64,000 bases of DNA, taken from NCBI GenBank assembly GCA_951406725.2, contig OX597820.1, positions 15,686,001 through 15,750,000 of the forward strand, read 5' to 3'. Made by a program: the position numbers and the translations under genes. Shown here piece after piece: positions 14,163-28,656 of this stretch (positions within the stretch are counted from its first letter, which is position 1; each line of letters begins with the position of its first letter). A model generated the notes under the pieces. That model saw nothing but the letters and a program-made list of their open reading frames with translations, had not been told where the DNA came from and did not search any database. The DNA is from Octopus vulgaris (taxonomy: Eukaryota).

Positions 14163-14219
14163 GAACTAAATATCAAGGCTAAAAATGCAAGCCTTGACCT
14201 TATAAAGGGAAAAGGTTGA
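14163..14219 (+). CDS. Candidate terminal coding exon (ELNIKAKNASLDLIKGKG*)
   Basis: Strong acceptor ttttcttattttttttacag, open to TGA, AATAAA at 14301; no upstream exon identified. Confidence 0.25.
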   Translation, partial: ELNIKAKNASLDLIKGKG

Positions 14220-16365
14220 ATAGTAAATCAATAATGATTCAACTGATTTCAGAACAATTGTTGATTCAGGAACAGAGTTAACATCAATCTTTATTTTTAC
14301 AATAAATTATACCCAAATGTTGATTTAACATGGCAATCCAACAGCGATTCAATATCGGAATGTCAGATATGTGTTATTCTGTGATAAAATTTCATTGTAT
14401 TAAATCAGTGACCATTTTTGATTCTCCAATGATTTATCCCAATGATGACTTTCGTTAAGGCATCAAAGTTGCAATTTCCTTTTTCTAATATATACTTTCT
14501 TTCTATCAAATAGAAGGAATGTCACGTTGTTTCTTTCTAGAAATGTAAGTTTTCCTGCTTCAGTTATCTTTCTTTTACTTGTTTCAGTCATTGAACTGTG
14601 GCCATACTGGAGCACAGCCTTGAAGTATTTTTCCCCTGTCTCCCATGCTGGTGGCATGTAAAAGACGCCATCTGAACATGGTTGATGCCAATGCCACCTG
14701 ACTGGCTCCCGTGCCAGTGGCACGTAGAAAGCACCCACTACACTCTTGGAGTGGTTGGCATTAGGAAGGGCATCCAACTGTAGAAACCTTGCCAGATCAG
14801 ATAGGAGCCTGGTGCAGCCTCCTGGCTTGCCATTTCTCAGTCAAACTGTCCAACCCATGCCAGCATGGAAAACAGACGTCAAATGATGATGAAGTCAACA
14901 CAAGTATTTATTTTTAAGTATGGTGATTATTGAGTTGTTGTATCGGGCTCTTTTGCTGAACCACTAAGTTATGGGGATATAAACAAACCAACAGCAGTTG
15001 TCAAGCAATTGCTAGGGACAAACACACACACACACACACATATACATACAACCAGCTTAGTGTAGTGAATATGGTAGATGGAAACTGTGTGGAAGCCCAT
15101 ATGTATGCATGTATGTATGTATGTATGAGTGCTTGCATCCTACCAAGAATTGAAAACTGGTGTTGGTTTGTTTACATCCTCATAGCTTGGCATTTCAGCA
15201 AAAAGAGATTGATAGAATAAGTATCAGACTTAAACAGAAGTACTGGGGTGAATTTGTTCAATTAAAACCCTTTGAGGTGATGCCCCAGCATGGCCACAAT
15301 CCAATGATTGAAACAAGTAAAAGAAACTAATTATACATCTCACTCGTGTTAGCATGAGAAAATGGAAATTTAAGAAATGAAGAATAAAGAGAGGCTCTGA
15401 TTTATTTTCTTTCATGTTTTTGTCACCATTCTTTGAATAATTTAGTATTCTAGTGGTTTAGACAAGTTTATTCAAATGAACAGTTACAAAACAATGAAAG
15501 AAAGGAGACAATTTTCTTGTGTAGTCTTGAACCAAAGGTAACAAACACGATCAAGTTACGGCCAGTTTGAAAACCTGCCATTGTCTTTTCAATCAATTTC
15601 AACGTTTAGGGATTAAGACATAGCATTTTAACTAAACGAATGTCATTTATAATAAAAAGAACAACAACAGATCTACATAATTAAAACCCGAGTAGCAGCA
15701 TGTGTTTGCAGAATTTATGGCAAATCGGTTGTTGTCTTGCTTGGACTGTATTGAAAAGTCAATTTGAACTGGGAATAACGTCACATAATAACGTCTCGAC
15801 AAGGCCATACGTTGACCTGTGAAATGGCAACATATGTTTTTTGTAACAATTGGGTCATCTTGATATGTATAGTTATTGTTTTACAAAAGGAGAAAAAAAA
15901 ACCAAATAGCTTATTTCATTTGATTCACTTTATGGAATATTTTGTATTTTACAGTGGCAGCCAAAAGAAACATGAGATAAGCAAACTGGGCTAATCTGTT
16001 TTTGGTTAGATGCCGTTTACTAAATAGAAGGCTTTTTTCTCAAGAAAAGTAAAATCAAGAGAAGTTGAAATAATAAATGGAATAAATATCGGCCAAAATT
16101 TCATAGAAAAGAAGTATAGTTGATGGATTTGATCTTTGTGCTTGGCTGGTCCTCATTTTATCAACTGCCATTGTGAAGTAAGCATAGATCTTCATCATCA
16201 TGATTCTCATCCAGTTTTCCATACTTGCATGTGTCTCACAGAATTTGTTGTCAACCCTCACACATTTCCAACTAAGGTAATACTCCCCTATGACCAAACA
16301 TTTTTATGGACAATTGGGATTGAAGAACAGTACTTGCATGAAAGTAACACACACACACACATATA

Positions 16366-16580
16366 CGAGGGGTTAGGGTTAGTGCGCTGAAAAGTTCCTG
16401 GCTTTAAGGGTACTGCAAAAGGCCTAACCTTCCAAGTTCTTTTACAGGGCTTAGAAAAACTGAAGGACCACTGAATAAGTGTGTGAATCTGAGAGGGAAA
16501 TACGTTGAATAAAATCATAATTAACTGATCCTCCTGTATCTTCTTTTACCCAAAGCCAGAAATTTTTCAGCACCTCCTCA
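16366..16580 (+). mobile_element. Mariner deletion derivative
   Basis: TA|CGAGGGG...CCTCA|TA termini; internal remnant reads GLEKLKDH*...KCVNLRGKYVE*, like a mariner transposase C-terminus. Confidence 0.8.
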
Positions 16581-18814
16581 TATACATATATACACACATA
16601 TACAATAAGCTTCTTTCAATTTCCATCTACTAAATCCTCTTGCAAGGCTTTGGTCGGTCTTGGGCTATAGTAGAATACAGTTGCCCAAAGTGCCACATTA
16701 TGGAACTGAATCCAAAACCACATGGCTAGAAAATGAACTTCTTAATCACTTGGCCACAAAAAAATAAAAATCAAAAAACAGAAATAACAAACGGAATAAC
16801 TATATAAAAAATCCACAGAGAATCCTTGCACTTGGTTGGTCCTCATTTTATCAACTGCAGCTGTAAAGTAAACATAGAAAGAGAAATCTGAAAGCTGGTA
16901 ATGAAACTAAACGGTATTTTTATCCAGAACCCTACTGTTACACCCACTTCAATGACCTTAAATGGAATAAAAAAAAAAAAACAAGAAAAATAATATTCAT
17001 TACTATTTCTATAATATTTATAATAATAACAATAGCCAAGGAACAGCTTCACTGGTTTATGGGCTATATAAATTCATCATTGCCATAAATTATGCCTAAC
17101 CTGGAGGCCATTTACAATGGGAGCTTGTGTATTTTGGGGTGGAAAACTTAATCCATTGCCAGTTTAACACCACCATATGGTCCTTATGTGCTTTTAGCAA
17201 TGTATACTCAATTGCCAGTATTTTAATCAGGACACCCCCCCCCCATCTCCTTCACAACAAGTCTAACAGGGGTACTGAAAAGGATCAAGGGAACTTTCAT
17301 TCTTTTCCAAAGTCATGTAAATAAAAAAATAAATACATTCATATCTCAGTGATTATCAATCAAATACTATTTCAGTTAGACATTTTCTGTAAAAAGCAAT
17401 TTCTGAAGGCTAATTAACAGCAATTGTTTCTTACTAACCCTCACCTCATCTCCCCATCTCATTCTACATTAGCTTTTCTTCTTCTATTTCCAGTTCTTCT
17501 TCTTCTTCACCACCACCACCTCCTCCTCCTTCATCGTCATCATCATCATCCCCATCACCACCAATACCACCATCATCATCATCACTGTTTTAATGTCCAC
17601 TTTTCCGGATCTGATAGGTTCAACAGATTTTATGAAGTCCTCAGGCAGCCCCTCCATAAAGTCACATCAGAAGCAACAGTCATCAGGCTTTCAAGCCTAA
17701 CCAACTGAGGCCATACTGATTTTGGTTTATCCATAGGGCTCTTACTGGGTGGCTCAGCTGGAAAAAATCCATCTTGTAATTCTGTCTTCCAGCATTTTAA
17801 TCATATATCTACAGTACTGGAGCTGTCACTTTTCAATGCAGAGAAATAGTGGCTTGGCCTAGAGAAACTCCTTCACCTCTGCACTCTGTCAAGTAACATT
17901 ACTCCAGCGATCCTTTGGAGGAATCCAATTTTGGCTGCTGTGTTCACAATTGCGCTCTTTTGGTCATTACCAAACATTCATGACCCACGGATAAGGAAAG
18001 GCACAAAAAGCAAAATAAAGATAGCAAGTGAATTTAGTTTTTATGTTGGTAAAGCTGGCCATCCCTCAAGAAGACTTATCCTACACAGCAGAAATCTTAA
18101 GGCTGCTACTCCTGGATTGACTTACAAGAGTCCTGTGTAGGTGCCTCATAAAACGCACTCGTGCCAGTGCTATGTAAAAGTGCTCATACTGGAGCTACAT
18201 TAAAACCACCTAGCACACAATGTAAAGTGGTTGGTGTGAGGAAGGGCATCCAGTCATAAAAATCAAGCCAAATCAGATTGGAACCTAGTGCAGCTCTCCA
18301 AGCTTGCCAGCTCCAGTCAAACCATCCAACCCATGCCAGCATGGAAAATGGATGTTTAAAGGATGACAATGTAATAAGTAAAATTCACGACTTTATTAGT
18401 TGTCTCAAATATATAATTTACTCCAACAGCACCCAACTGATAACATTTCAACTACAAACACACTAAAATGAATTATGAACATACTCAAATATTAAAACTT
18501 TGCATTTGTATGAAATGTCTTTTGTAGTTCTTATCGAAAATTAAACCTGCCAATGTTAGTAAAATCGGGATTGTTTGAACATCTTCCTGTCTTAACAACA
18601 GAGTAACAGGCATTTAATTACGCTTATATTAGTTAAAACTTTAACCACACATATTTCTTCCTGATTTATTTACACAACTGCTTCTGTTGGTTAATAGAAT
18701 TAGATAGGAATCAATGACGGAATCAATGAAACCTGAAACCAAGTGTTAACTTGAAGATATAAAGCAGTCGTTTATCATACTCTATGTGAGAAGATTAAAT
18801 ACACTAAATTTATC

Positions 18815-19800
18815 TGAAGTAAAACAGACTGGCCAAGTATCTCATGAACGTCATTGCTTCTTTTAAACATTGTAGTTTAATGTGGAAATTAAGCACACTT
18901 ATTTCTTGCCTTTTATGGTTTAGACAGGAGTAGGCGGCCCTCATGAGCTTTACAAACCCTCTAAGACTGACAAGAAGTATGTAGTTGGTGTTCATTTGTA
19001 GGTGAATTATTAGAGAAAAAAAAAGCTAGGAAGTGAATTAGAGAAGTGGAAAGTTTTAGGTAGCAAGGATTAAATAAAAGTTGTTAGTGAATGAGAGGGG
19101 ACAGTAGAGTATAGGTGATAAGACAAGAGACAAATAAGCTGGAGGCAGATGGTATGCAAATTTGCTATCTCCAAGGAGCAGAGATTGTTGTAGTAGCAGT
19201 AGCAAAGACAGACAAGAGAGATGGCAAATCTATAGACCAGGGGTTGAAGGGTGTCGGTGAATGACTCATTGCTGATCTTTCAGATAGCTTTCGTTTATAT
19301 ATAGTCTAAAATGATTGTGTAGTAGCAACAAACTGTTCTCAGTATTACAGCAGTATTCCTTTGTAGCTATTTGTTGAGTTTGTACAGAGTTGGTGATTAT
19401 TTGAAGCTGAGATATTTTCTGGTCTTGAAGAGGAAGGCTAATCTCTGAGATGCAGACTTTGTGGTGTCAGGGATGCGAGGTTGCCCAGAGAGATCAATGA
19501 TTGTGAAGCCTAGCAACTGTATTGACTTTGAGCTGACAAGAAGCTTCCAATCCCAAAGATAAATGAAGGGTATAAGCTAGCAGCTTAAATTGAAGATTCT
19601 CATACCAGATAGTCAAGTGAGCATTCTACAATTATCTGGTTTCTGACATTTTTTTTTATTAATAATTCTTAAGTGTGTAAAACCAATGATGAGTGACACA
19701 GGGAAAGCTGGTATTCAATAGATCTGGTTTTACAAAAGCCATAGTGATGGTCACTGAGGAGAGAGAGGGATCATTCATCAACATCTTTATGCAATAGAAA
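18815..19800 (-). pseudogene. Ancient CR1/L2-group LINE ORF2 remnant
   Basis: Manual translation gives LLSDHHYGFCKTRS, QLLGFTI, KSASQRLAFLFKTRKYL, EYCC, TLQPL...CYYNNLCSLEI, with many stops. Confidence 0.65.
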
Positions 19801-20220
19801 ATTCAATAATGTGGCAGGTACTCAACATATTACATATAGTGGAGATTTTTTAAATAAATATATATATATATAGTAATATATTAATACATAAATTTATAAT
19901 TATGAATATAAATTAATAATTATAAATTTAATAGATTTATAAATTAACATAATTGTTACCTACAAGGTTTTTATTTCATGCTGGCCACTTGATAAAATCA
20001 TTAAAGTGGTTTTATCCTTAATTCTGTATAAAATATATATATATATATATATATTATACTCTTGGAGTGGTTGGAGTTAGGAAGGGCATCCAGCTGTAGA
20101 AACTTTGCCAGATCAGATTGAACTTGGTGCAGCCTCTGGCTCACCAGTCCTCAGTCAAACAATTAAACCCATGCCAGCATGGAAAGCGGACGTTAAACGA
20201 TGATGATGATGATGATGATG

Positions 20221-20273
<53 letters not shown>

Positions 20274-21193
20274 CAAAATAGCAAGGTATAAATCCACTCA
20301 CAAAATTTTGGTTGGCCTGGGCTATAGTAGAAGACCAAGGTGCCATGCAGTGGGATTGAATCCAAAACCACATCACTGGAAAACAGACTTCTTAACCACA
20401 TAGCCATGCCTGTACCTATTTCTGAGTGATAATCTAAAAAAACACCCTAAAAAAACCCCAATACAAATTGCTTTAGATTACATTTGTTAGGAGTATAAAA
20501 AAAAATATGATTCATAACTTATTACTAAGTGGCATTATTTTGTCATATTTATTCCTGAAATAGATAATAATAGATAATATCAATGAGTAAAGCATATTCT
20601 TTGAATGTTTTAACATGCTGTAATCTCATGCATGAAATGAAATGAAATCATATTAAACATATACATTCTGTCAGTTTTTAAATAACCATGAGACACTGAC
20701 TATACAAATGCTGCAAAATATGAGAGCTGAATAAAAATATGTATCAGACATCTCTTTTGTAAACAAATAAATAAGGAAAATAAAGTTATTCCTGCAAACT
20801 ATATGTTTATATCAAATTTGTAAAGCTAACTATAAAGTATTTTTTATGGAAACAAAACAATGTGGTGAGTGTGTGTGTATGCATATGTATGTGTTTGTGT
20901 ATGTGTACATGTATGTGTTGTGTGTGTATATGTGTATTTATGTGTATGTGTTTATATGTATGTTTGTGTGTGTATGTATGTGTATGCTTATGTGTTTGTG
21001 TGTGTTTACACACTATAAAAAATTTAATACATTTACAGGTCTGTTTTATTATTCATAGATTTAAATTATATATTTAACCCATTAATATAGAGTTTTCCAA
21101 AAGCAGGAAATTCGGTAAATAACACAATACAAATTATTTATTAGTTGTAATTAATTATAGCAACAAAAATTAAACTGTATGCATTAATAGAGT

Positions 21194-21630
21194 ATCATCA
21201 TCATCATTTCACATCCACTTTTTCATGCTTGCATGGGTCGAAAACAATTTGCTGAGGCAAATTTTCTATGTGCAAATTCTGTTTCTGTAACCAATCCTCC
21301 CCTGATTCCAAGCAAGGTAATATTTCCCATGGCTTAACATGCTTTTCATGAAAGACTGGAAGCAAATATCTTTTGTATGATGGTATAGCAGATTTATTGC
21401 TTGATGTCAAAACAAGGAGACTCTAACAGACACACACACAAATGCATATACACATATACACATATATGCGACTAGCTCCTTGCAGTTTCCATCCAGCAGA
21501 TCTATTCACAAGGCTTTGGTATTTCAGGAGCCATTGTAGATAATACTTGCCCAAGTTGCCATGCAATGAAATTGAAACCACAGAACACGAGTGGCAAGCA
21601 AGTTTCTCACCCACAAAACCACACCTGTAC
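21194..21630 (-). mobile_element. Bipartite SINE family E (family-B head plus RTE-like tail)
   Basis: Head like family B, tail ...catgcaagcatgaaaaagtggatgtgaaatgatgatgat; other copies near 23543, 25948, 44685. Confidence 0.65.
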
Positions 21631-22628
21631 CATTAACGTTAATAAGTTAATAAAGGTGGCAAACTGGCAGAATCAGTAGAGATGCCAGGGAAAATGCTTA
21701 ACAGTGTTTTGTCTTTCTTTACATCATGAGTTCCAATTCTGAGATCAACTTTGCCTTTCATCCTTTCAGGGTCAGTACAATAAGTACCAGTTGAACACTG
21801 GGGTTGAAGTAATCAACTTAATCCCTAACCTGAAATTGCTGGTCTTGTGCCAAAATTTAAAATCATATTTATTCCTATCATTCAAAGCAGCAAAGAACAT
21901 TTTGTCCATCTTTAGGTTCTGAGTTCAAATTCTGCTGAAGCCGGCTTTGCCATTTATCCTCACTAGGTCCAAAGATTAAGTACCAGTTGACTGCTGAGGT
22001 TGAATCCAATATTAATGAGTTAATGTAATGAATTATTTTCTTGTAACCATACTAGTTTTGGTTGGTTATAACTGGTCAACTAAAGGTTATGTCTAATCTT
22101 CTTGTTACTATCGAGATATCATTCATAATCATTATCATTTAGCGTCCGTTGTCCATGCTGGCATGGGTTGGAGAGTTTGACCAGGGCTGGCATGCTGGAA
22201 GGCTGCACCAGACTCCAGTCTGATTTGGCTTGGTCTCTATGACTGGATGCCCTTCCTAATGCCAACCACTCCGAGACTGTAATGAGTTGTTTTACACGTC
22301 ACCAGCATGGGTGCCATTTGTGTGCAGCAGTATCTGCCTCAACTACAATTTTACTTGGCCTGAAGAGTTTTCTTCTCAAGCATGGCATAATGCCAAAGGT
22401 CTCAGTCATTTGTCATTGCTCCTGTGACAATTTTCGAAGGCCTTTTTTGTTGTTAGTAATTAAGTTTATTGTAAAAGTTAAAACCCATTTTTGTCTTAAA
22501 AATGAAGACATTGTGACTGAAGGATGAACTGTAAACAAATTCTTAGAAAGCTGATAGATTTTACTGACTTATATATAACACAAGACCAAAATTTATTCCA
22601 GAAGAATAAACAAAAATTATTTTCTTAC

Positions 22629-22763
22629 CTCTCTTCTCAATCTACAAGAACGTCTCACAGCACCAACACTGATTGAACCTTCATCTGTGGCAGAGGGCAC
22701 AGATAATCTTTTGGAAGCCTTTGGTGTCCACAGTGCTTTGCGTTTAATTGGTTTGTGAAAATC
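22629..22763 (-). CDS. Internal coding exon of an unidentified gene (DFHKPIKRKALWTPKASKRLSVPSATDEGSISVGAVRRSCRLRRE)
   Basis: cccttag| acceptor, |gtaag donor, 135 nt, phase 0-0, fully open, non-repetitive sequence. Confidence 0.6.
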
Positions 22764-22983
22764 CTAAGGGTTGGACATTTGCTCTCACCTCTTCTGAACT
22801 TGGTTTAGTACAACTCTAATTAGTTAGTAGAGCTTTTAACCTAAATTTATTTATGCCTAATCCTCTCATTACTATTTAGATAATTCCCAATAAATTCTAA
22901 GGGTTGCAAGTTTGCTCTCATCTCTTCTGAACTTGGTTTAGTTCAACTCTAATTAGTAGAGCTTTTTACCTCAATTTATGCTT
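22764..22983. repeat. ~90-bp direct duplication of the intron 3' end
   Basis: ctaagggttg...tttgctctca.ctcttctgaacttggtttagt.caactctaattagt at 22764 and 22897. Confidence 0.9.
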
Positions 22984-24274
22984 TTTTTCTATTTAGACAC
23001 AGGTATGGCTGTGTGGTTAAACATCTCACTTTCCAACGTGGTTTCAGGTTCAGAACTATTTTGGCCAAATATCTTCAATGTTAGCCTCAGGCCAACCAAT
23101 CAATGCTTTGTGAGTGAATTTGATAGGCAGAAAATTTTCAGAAGCCCATTGTATGTGCGTATGCTCCCACTACTGCTCAACAACTGTTTTACATCTCCAT
23201 AACTTGGAAGTTCAGCAAAAGCGACCAATAGAACAAGAACCAAGTTTTAAAAAAACACAGGTACTGGGATTGATTTGTTCAACAAAAACCCTTCAAGGTG
23301 GTGCTCCAGCATAGCCACAGCCCAATGTTTATAACAAGTAAATGTAAGGTTTTATATTGGAATAATTCTGTTAGAAGTGGTCATAAAACACAGAATGATA
23401 TCTGAACTCTTCAGAATTACTTTTCTATAGGCTCTCAAACCTGTCATTCCTGGTGTTAATGATAAATCACCTTAACTCACCCACTTATCCGATCTCCAAG
23501 TCATCTTAAATATTTTGGATAATACAAAATTCTCTTTGGATTCATCATCATCATTTTAATATATACTTTTCCATGCTTGCATGGATCTTACAGAATTTAC
23601 AGAGGCAATATTTCTACAACCAGATGCTCTTCCTGTTATCAGCCCTTATCTGTTTCCAAGCAAGGTAATATTCTCCCATGGCCTGACATGTTTTTGCAGA
23701 ATTTTGGGAATGAATAACACTGCTTGTATGACAGTAACACAACGTCAAATCAAGGAGACACAAACACACAATGAGCTTCTTTCAGACTCCAACAGCCAAA
23801 CCCACCCACAGGGACCTGATCAGCTCAGGGCCAAAGTAGGAAACACCTGCCCAAGATGCCACACAGTAGGATGGGATTAACTTACACAAAATAAGAAACT
23901 ATCAAATATTACATTAGAGTTCCAATATCTACTTGTAATAAAAAAAAAAATTGAATTTCCACAATTTTCTTTGGAACACAAATATTGTTCTAATGCTTCC
24001 ATAAGAAATTAAGATTTCAGACAGAACCAGTTTTTACATGGTAACATAGACTACTAAAAATAACAGCCATATCTTCCTCAAAATCACATCATATTTTACA
24101 AAAGGACACATTTAATAATATAGTCTAAGGTATACAATGCCTGAAAAAAATGATTGGCTGATGATACCTGGAATGCCTTTGACCATAGGTCTTTTCAATC
24201 AGAACCAACCTGGGGCTTAACAAACAATGTTCAGATTTAACAATACTTTAAAATAATATAAAAAACACCATAAT

Positions 24275-24443
24275 CAGCACCATCTTAAGGTATAGGCATA
24301 CTGGGTAGTTACCCCGGGGCCTCAGGGGTCTAGAGGCACAATTTTGAACCGTAGAAGGTGTGGCTTGCTGTCAATAAATAAACAGTATAGGACCTAATGC
24401 ATTGATTTGCTTGGGCACCAGCAATACTGTCAATACTGCCCTG
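24275..24443. mobile_element. Degenerate hAT-type MITE
   Basis: CAG...CTG termini, flanks accataat / actgtaat (6/8). Confidence 0.45.
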
Positions 24444-25072
24444 ACTGTAATGTCTGCCATTTTCAAATTTTTATAGGCTGAAAGGATCTTAACTTCCATC
24501 TTTTTACGGTATCTTAGAGGGTTTCCATTAACTAAAACCCAAGGGAGTTAGTATATGATGCTAAAGCATAAGCAAGTTATTAGACAGAGAAAATATTTTT
24601 CCCAAAGCTAAGAAATACATTAAAATTCTTCAACATTGACACACTACAAAATAAACCGAATCCAATGTTAATTTAAAATTTAATTACTTTCTTGAATAAC
24701 TTTAGGAGGCTAAAATAATGTAAGCCATAATTTCCGGTGTATGAATGACGGATTATGCAAGAAAGAAGAGTGTAGCAAAATGAGAGAGTGTGAATGAAAA
24801 AATTAAAATAAAAAAATTATGTTAAGTCAACTTCAAAATGAATTCATGTTAAGAATGAATGTGAGTTTATGTAAGTGAATATATGAGGATTAGAAAGAAA
24901 TGATACAAGAGAAATTGTGACAGGAAATTAATAACGGTTAGTTAGGCACAGATATGGCTGTGTGGTAAGAAGTCTGTTTCCCAACCACATGGTTCTGGGT
25001 TCAGTCCCACTGCGTGGCACCTTAGGTAAATGCCTTGTGAGTAGACTTGGTAGACAAACTGAAAGAAGCCCA

Positions 25073-25632
25073 AGGCGGTGAGCTGGCAGAAACGTTAGCA
25101 TGCCAGGCGAAATGCTTAGCAGTATTTCGTCTGCCGCTATGTTCTGAGTTCAAATTCTTTCGGGGTCGATAAATTAAGTACCAGTTACGCACTGGGGTCG
25201 ATGTAATCAACTTAATCCGTTCGTCTGTCCTTGTTTGTCTTCTCTGTGTTTAGCCCCTTGTGGGTAGTAAAGAAATAGGTAGTTTGTCTGCTGTTACATT
25301 CTGAGTTCAAATTCCGCTGAGTCGACTTTGCCTTTCATCTTTTCGGGGTCGATTAAATAAGTACCAGTTACGCACTGGGGTCGATATAATCAACTTAATA
25401 CATTCGTCTGTCCTTGTTTGTCCTCTCTGTGTTTAGCCCCTTCTGGATAGTAAAGAAATAGGTATTTTGTCTGCTGCTACGTTCTGAGTTCAAATTCCGC
25501 CAAGGTCGACTTTGCCTTTCACCCTTTCGGGGTTGATAAATTAAGTACCAGTTATGCACTGGGCTTAATCCCTTTGTCAGTCCTTGTTTGTCCCCTCTAT
25601 GTTTACCCCTTGTGGGCAATAAAGAAATAAGA
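25073..25632 (+). mobile_element. SINE family A trimer nested in a family B copy
   Basis: One head plus three body units joined at aaatag|gta. Confidence 0.85.
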
Positions 25633-28600
25633 AAGTGAAAGAAACTTGTCGCATATATATCTGTGTCTGTGTAACCCACCACCACTTGTGAACCAGTGTT
25701 GAAGTGTTTATGTCTTCGTAACTTAGCAGTTTGGCAAAAGAAACCAATAGAATAAGTATCAGGCTTAAAAAAAAGTACTGGGGTCAATTCATTTGACTAA
25801 AAGTTCTTGAAGGTGGTGCCCCAGCATGGCCGCAATCTAATAACCGAAACAAGTAAAAGATATTTTAAAGGGAATAAGAGAAAGTGAGAAAGAGGAGAGT
25901 AAATAAAGGGACTGAGTGTGTATGAGAGGGTATCAATAAATAGTCAGATCATCATCATCATCATCATCATTTAATGCTCACTTTTCCATGCTTGCATCAG
26001 TCAGAGTTTGTTGAGAGAGATTTTCAACAGCTGGATGCTCTTCTTGTCACCAACCCTCACTTGTTTTCAAGTAAGGTAAATATTTCCTTTCAGCCAGGCA
26101 TGTTTTTCAGGAAAGACTGCAAACACTGCTTGATTGAAGGTGATGCTCATTTACAATCAGCATGTGATATCATAATAAGGGTAGACACAAACATATACAC
26201 ACTCATACTAACATGGAAAACAGACAATAAATGATGATCATGAAGATGATATACCATGAGCTTCTTTCAGTTTCCATCTTATTTCTTTATTGCCCACAAG
26301 GGGCTACACACAGAGGGGACAAACAAGGACAGACAAATGGATTAAGTTGATTATATTGACCCCAGTGCATAACTAGTACTTATTTAATCGACCCCCTCCC
26401 CCTGAAAGGATGAAAGGCAAAGTCGACATCAGCGAAATTTGAACTCAGAACGTAAAGACAGACAAAATACCGTTAAGCATTTTGCCCGGCATGCTAATGT
26501 TTCTGCCAACTTGCTGCCTTTCAGTTTCCATCTACCAAATTCATTCACAAACACTTGCTCAAGGTGCCACAAAGTGGAATTGAACCCAAAATCACATGAT
26601 TAGGAGCAAGTTTCTTACCACACAGCCTCACCTGAACTTACATAATTTAAAAATGAAGATAGTGAATGCATGTACTGACAAACATTGCACCAGGAAAACA
26701 GTAGTTTATGGAATACACTTGTCTGAGAGATTGAAATAAGTTCTACTGGTCAAGTGATTAAGATGAGTAAATGAGCTGAGTAAATGAGTAAATGCTCATA
26801 CAAATGAGAGCGAGTGAGTATAGTAATCCTATATACTAAGTGAAAAGTCCTGTCATTGTCATCTCTGCCTGGTACACTGTTTGGGCTTTGGTGTACCCAG
26901 TCAGTTAGTGACCCTTTGGCGTTTTACCCTTTTATTTGTTTCAGTCATTTGACTGTGGCCATGCTGGAGTACCGCCTTTAGTTGAGCAAATCGACCCTAG
27001 GACTTATTCTTTGTAAGCCTAGTACTTATTCTAGCGGTCTCTTTTGCCGAACTGCTAAGTTATGGGGAGGTAAACACACCAGCATTGGTTGTTAAGTGAT
27101 GTTGGGGGGACAAACACAGACACACAAACATATACACACACGTACATATATACGATGGGCTTCTTTCAGTTTTCGTCTACCAAATCCACTCACAAGGCTT
27201 TGGTCAGCCCAAGGCTATAGTAGAAGATACTTTCCAAAGGTGTCACACAATGGGACTGAACCCGGAACCATGTGGTTGGTAAGCAAGCTACATACTACAC
27301 AGCCACTCCTACGCCTATAGTAAATTTCTATTGCATAATATAATTTGTACCTACCCCAGTAAGTATATCATCATCATCATCATCATCGTTTAGCGTCCGC
27401 TTTCCATGCCAGCATGGGTTGGACAGTTCAACTGGGGTCTGTGAAGCCAGAAGGCTGCATCAGGCCCAGTCTGATCTGGCAGTGTTTCTACGGCTGGATG
27501 CCCTTCCTAACGCCAACCACTCCAAGAGTGTAGTGGGTGCTTTTTACGTGCCACCTGCACAGGTGCCAGACAGTGCTGGTTGGTAGACAGCTCAGTTACT
27601 TTGTATAAACACCAAAAATAGTATCCTTTTCTTTGCAGAGTGAAGTTTTAATCTACAGACTTCTGGGTTATGGGCCCATCATGCTCCTACTGTGCAGCTC
27701 AGCTCAATAAAAACTTTAACAAATATATAATGTTTTATTTCCTTTATTGCTTATCCTGGATTACATTACTTCTATCACATCAGCTAGTGTATGTTATTTA
27801 TTTATTTCTATGCATTGGACTGCTTCAAAAGTACGAGGTATAAATAACTATACAATACATGATGCAGCACTGGGATTGTTAATTTCCTTACAGAAAGGTG
27901 ACAGAAAGGCAGCGAGCTGGCAGAAATGTTAGCACGCCAGGCAAAATGCTCAGCGGTATTTCGTCTGCCGTTACATTCTGAGTTCAAATTCTGCCGAGGT
28001 CGACTTGCCTTTCATCCTTTCAGGGTCGATTTAAAAGGTACCAGTTACACATTGGGGTCGATGTAATCGACATAATCCTTTTGTCTGTCCTTGTTTGTCC
28101 CCTCTGTGTGTAGCCCCCTTGTGGGCAGTAAAGAATTAAGAAAGGTGACATTTCACTCTACCAAAAATCCAAGAGTTACATTTGACAAACCACATGCATA
28201 GATCTATGTGTTGCTACTTTTTCTGGGTGGCTCTACATTGGCCATTTTCAGATCAGCCAGAAGCAAATCAATTCCAGAAATGTTTCCCCAGTGCAGCATA
28301 GCAAGCTAGCTTGCTAGTCTGAGAGTGAAGGGGAAAATAAGCAAGGCACCATGAAGCAGCGAGAGAACAAACAAACATGGAATGACTGAGCTTTGTGAGC
28401 CAGAGAATGAGTGAATAAGGTGAGTAAGAGTGAGTATGATGAGTGTAAGTGAATGGAATGATTATGGTGAACAAGAGAATGAGGGTGCACAATGAGAAGA
28501 GAATGAGTAAGGGGTAAGATAAGTGAGTTTAGTCTGAAAGAGAATGATCAAGAGAAGGATTGAGAAAGAAAATAAGTGAGCATGGTGTGAAAGAGAATGA

Positions 28601-28656
28601 ATGAATGAATATAGTGCAGAAGAGTAAGAGAAGGTAAATGATGTAAATGAATGAAA

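Noticed and set aside
15460-18745. Further minus-strand coding exons at acceptor-like sites near 15816, 16958 and 18733
   Set aside because: In phase 0 each hits a stop within 10-37 codons with no recognisable protein; they may be non-coding exons but cannot be supported.
19685-19757. C/D-box snoRNA-like ATGATGA...CTGA
   Set aside because: The opposite strand reads LLSDHHYGF, part of a LINE RT remnant; no recognisable rRNA guide.
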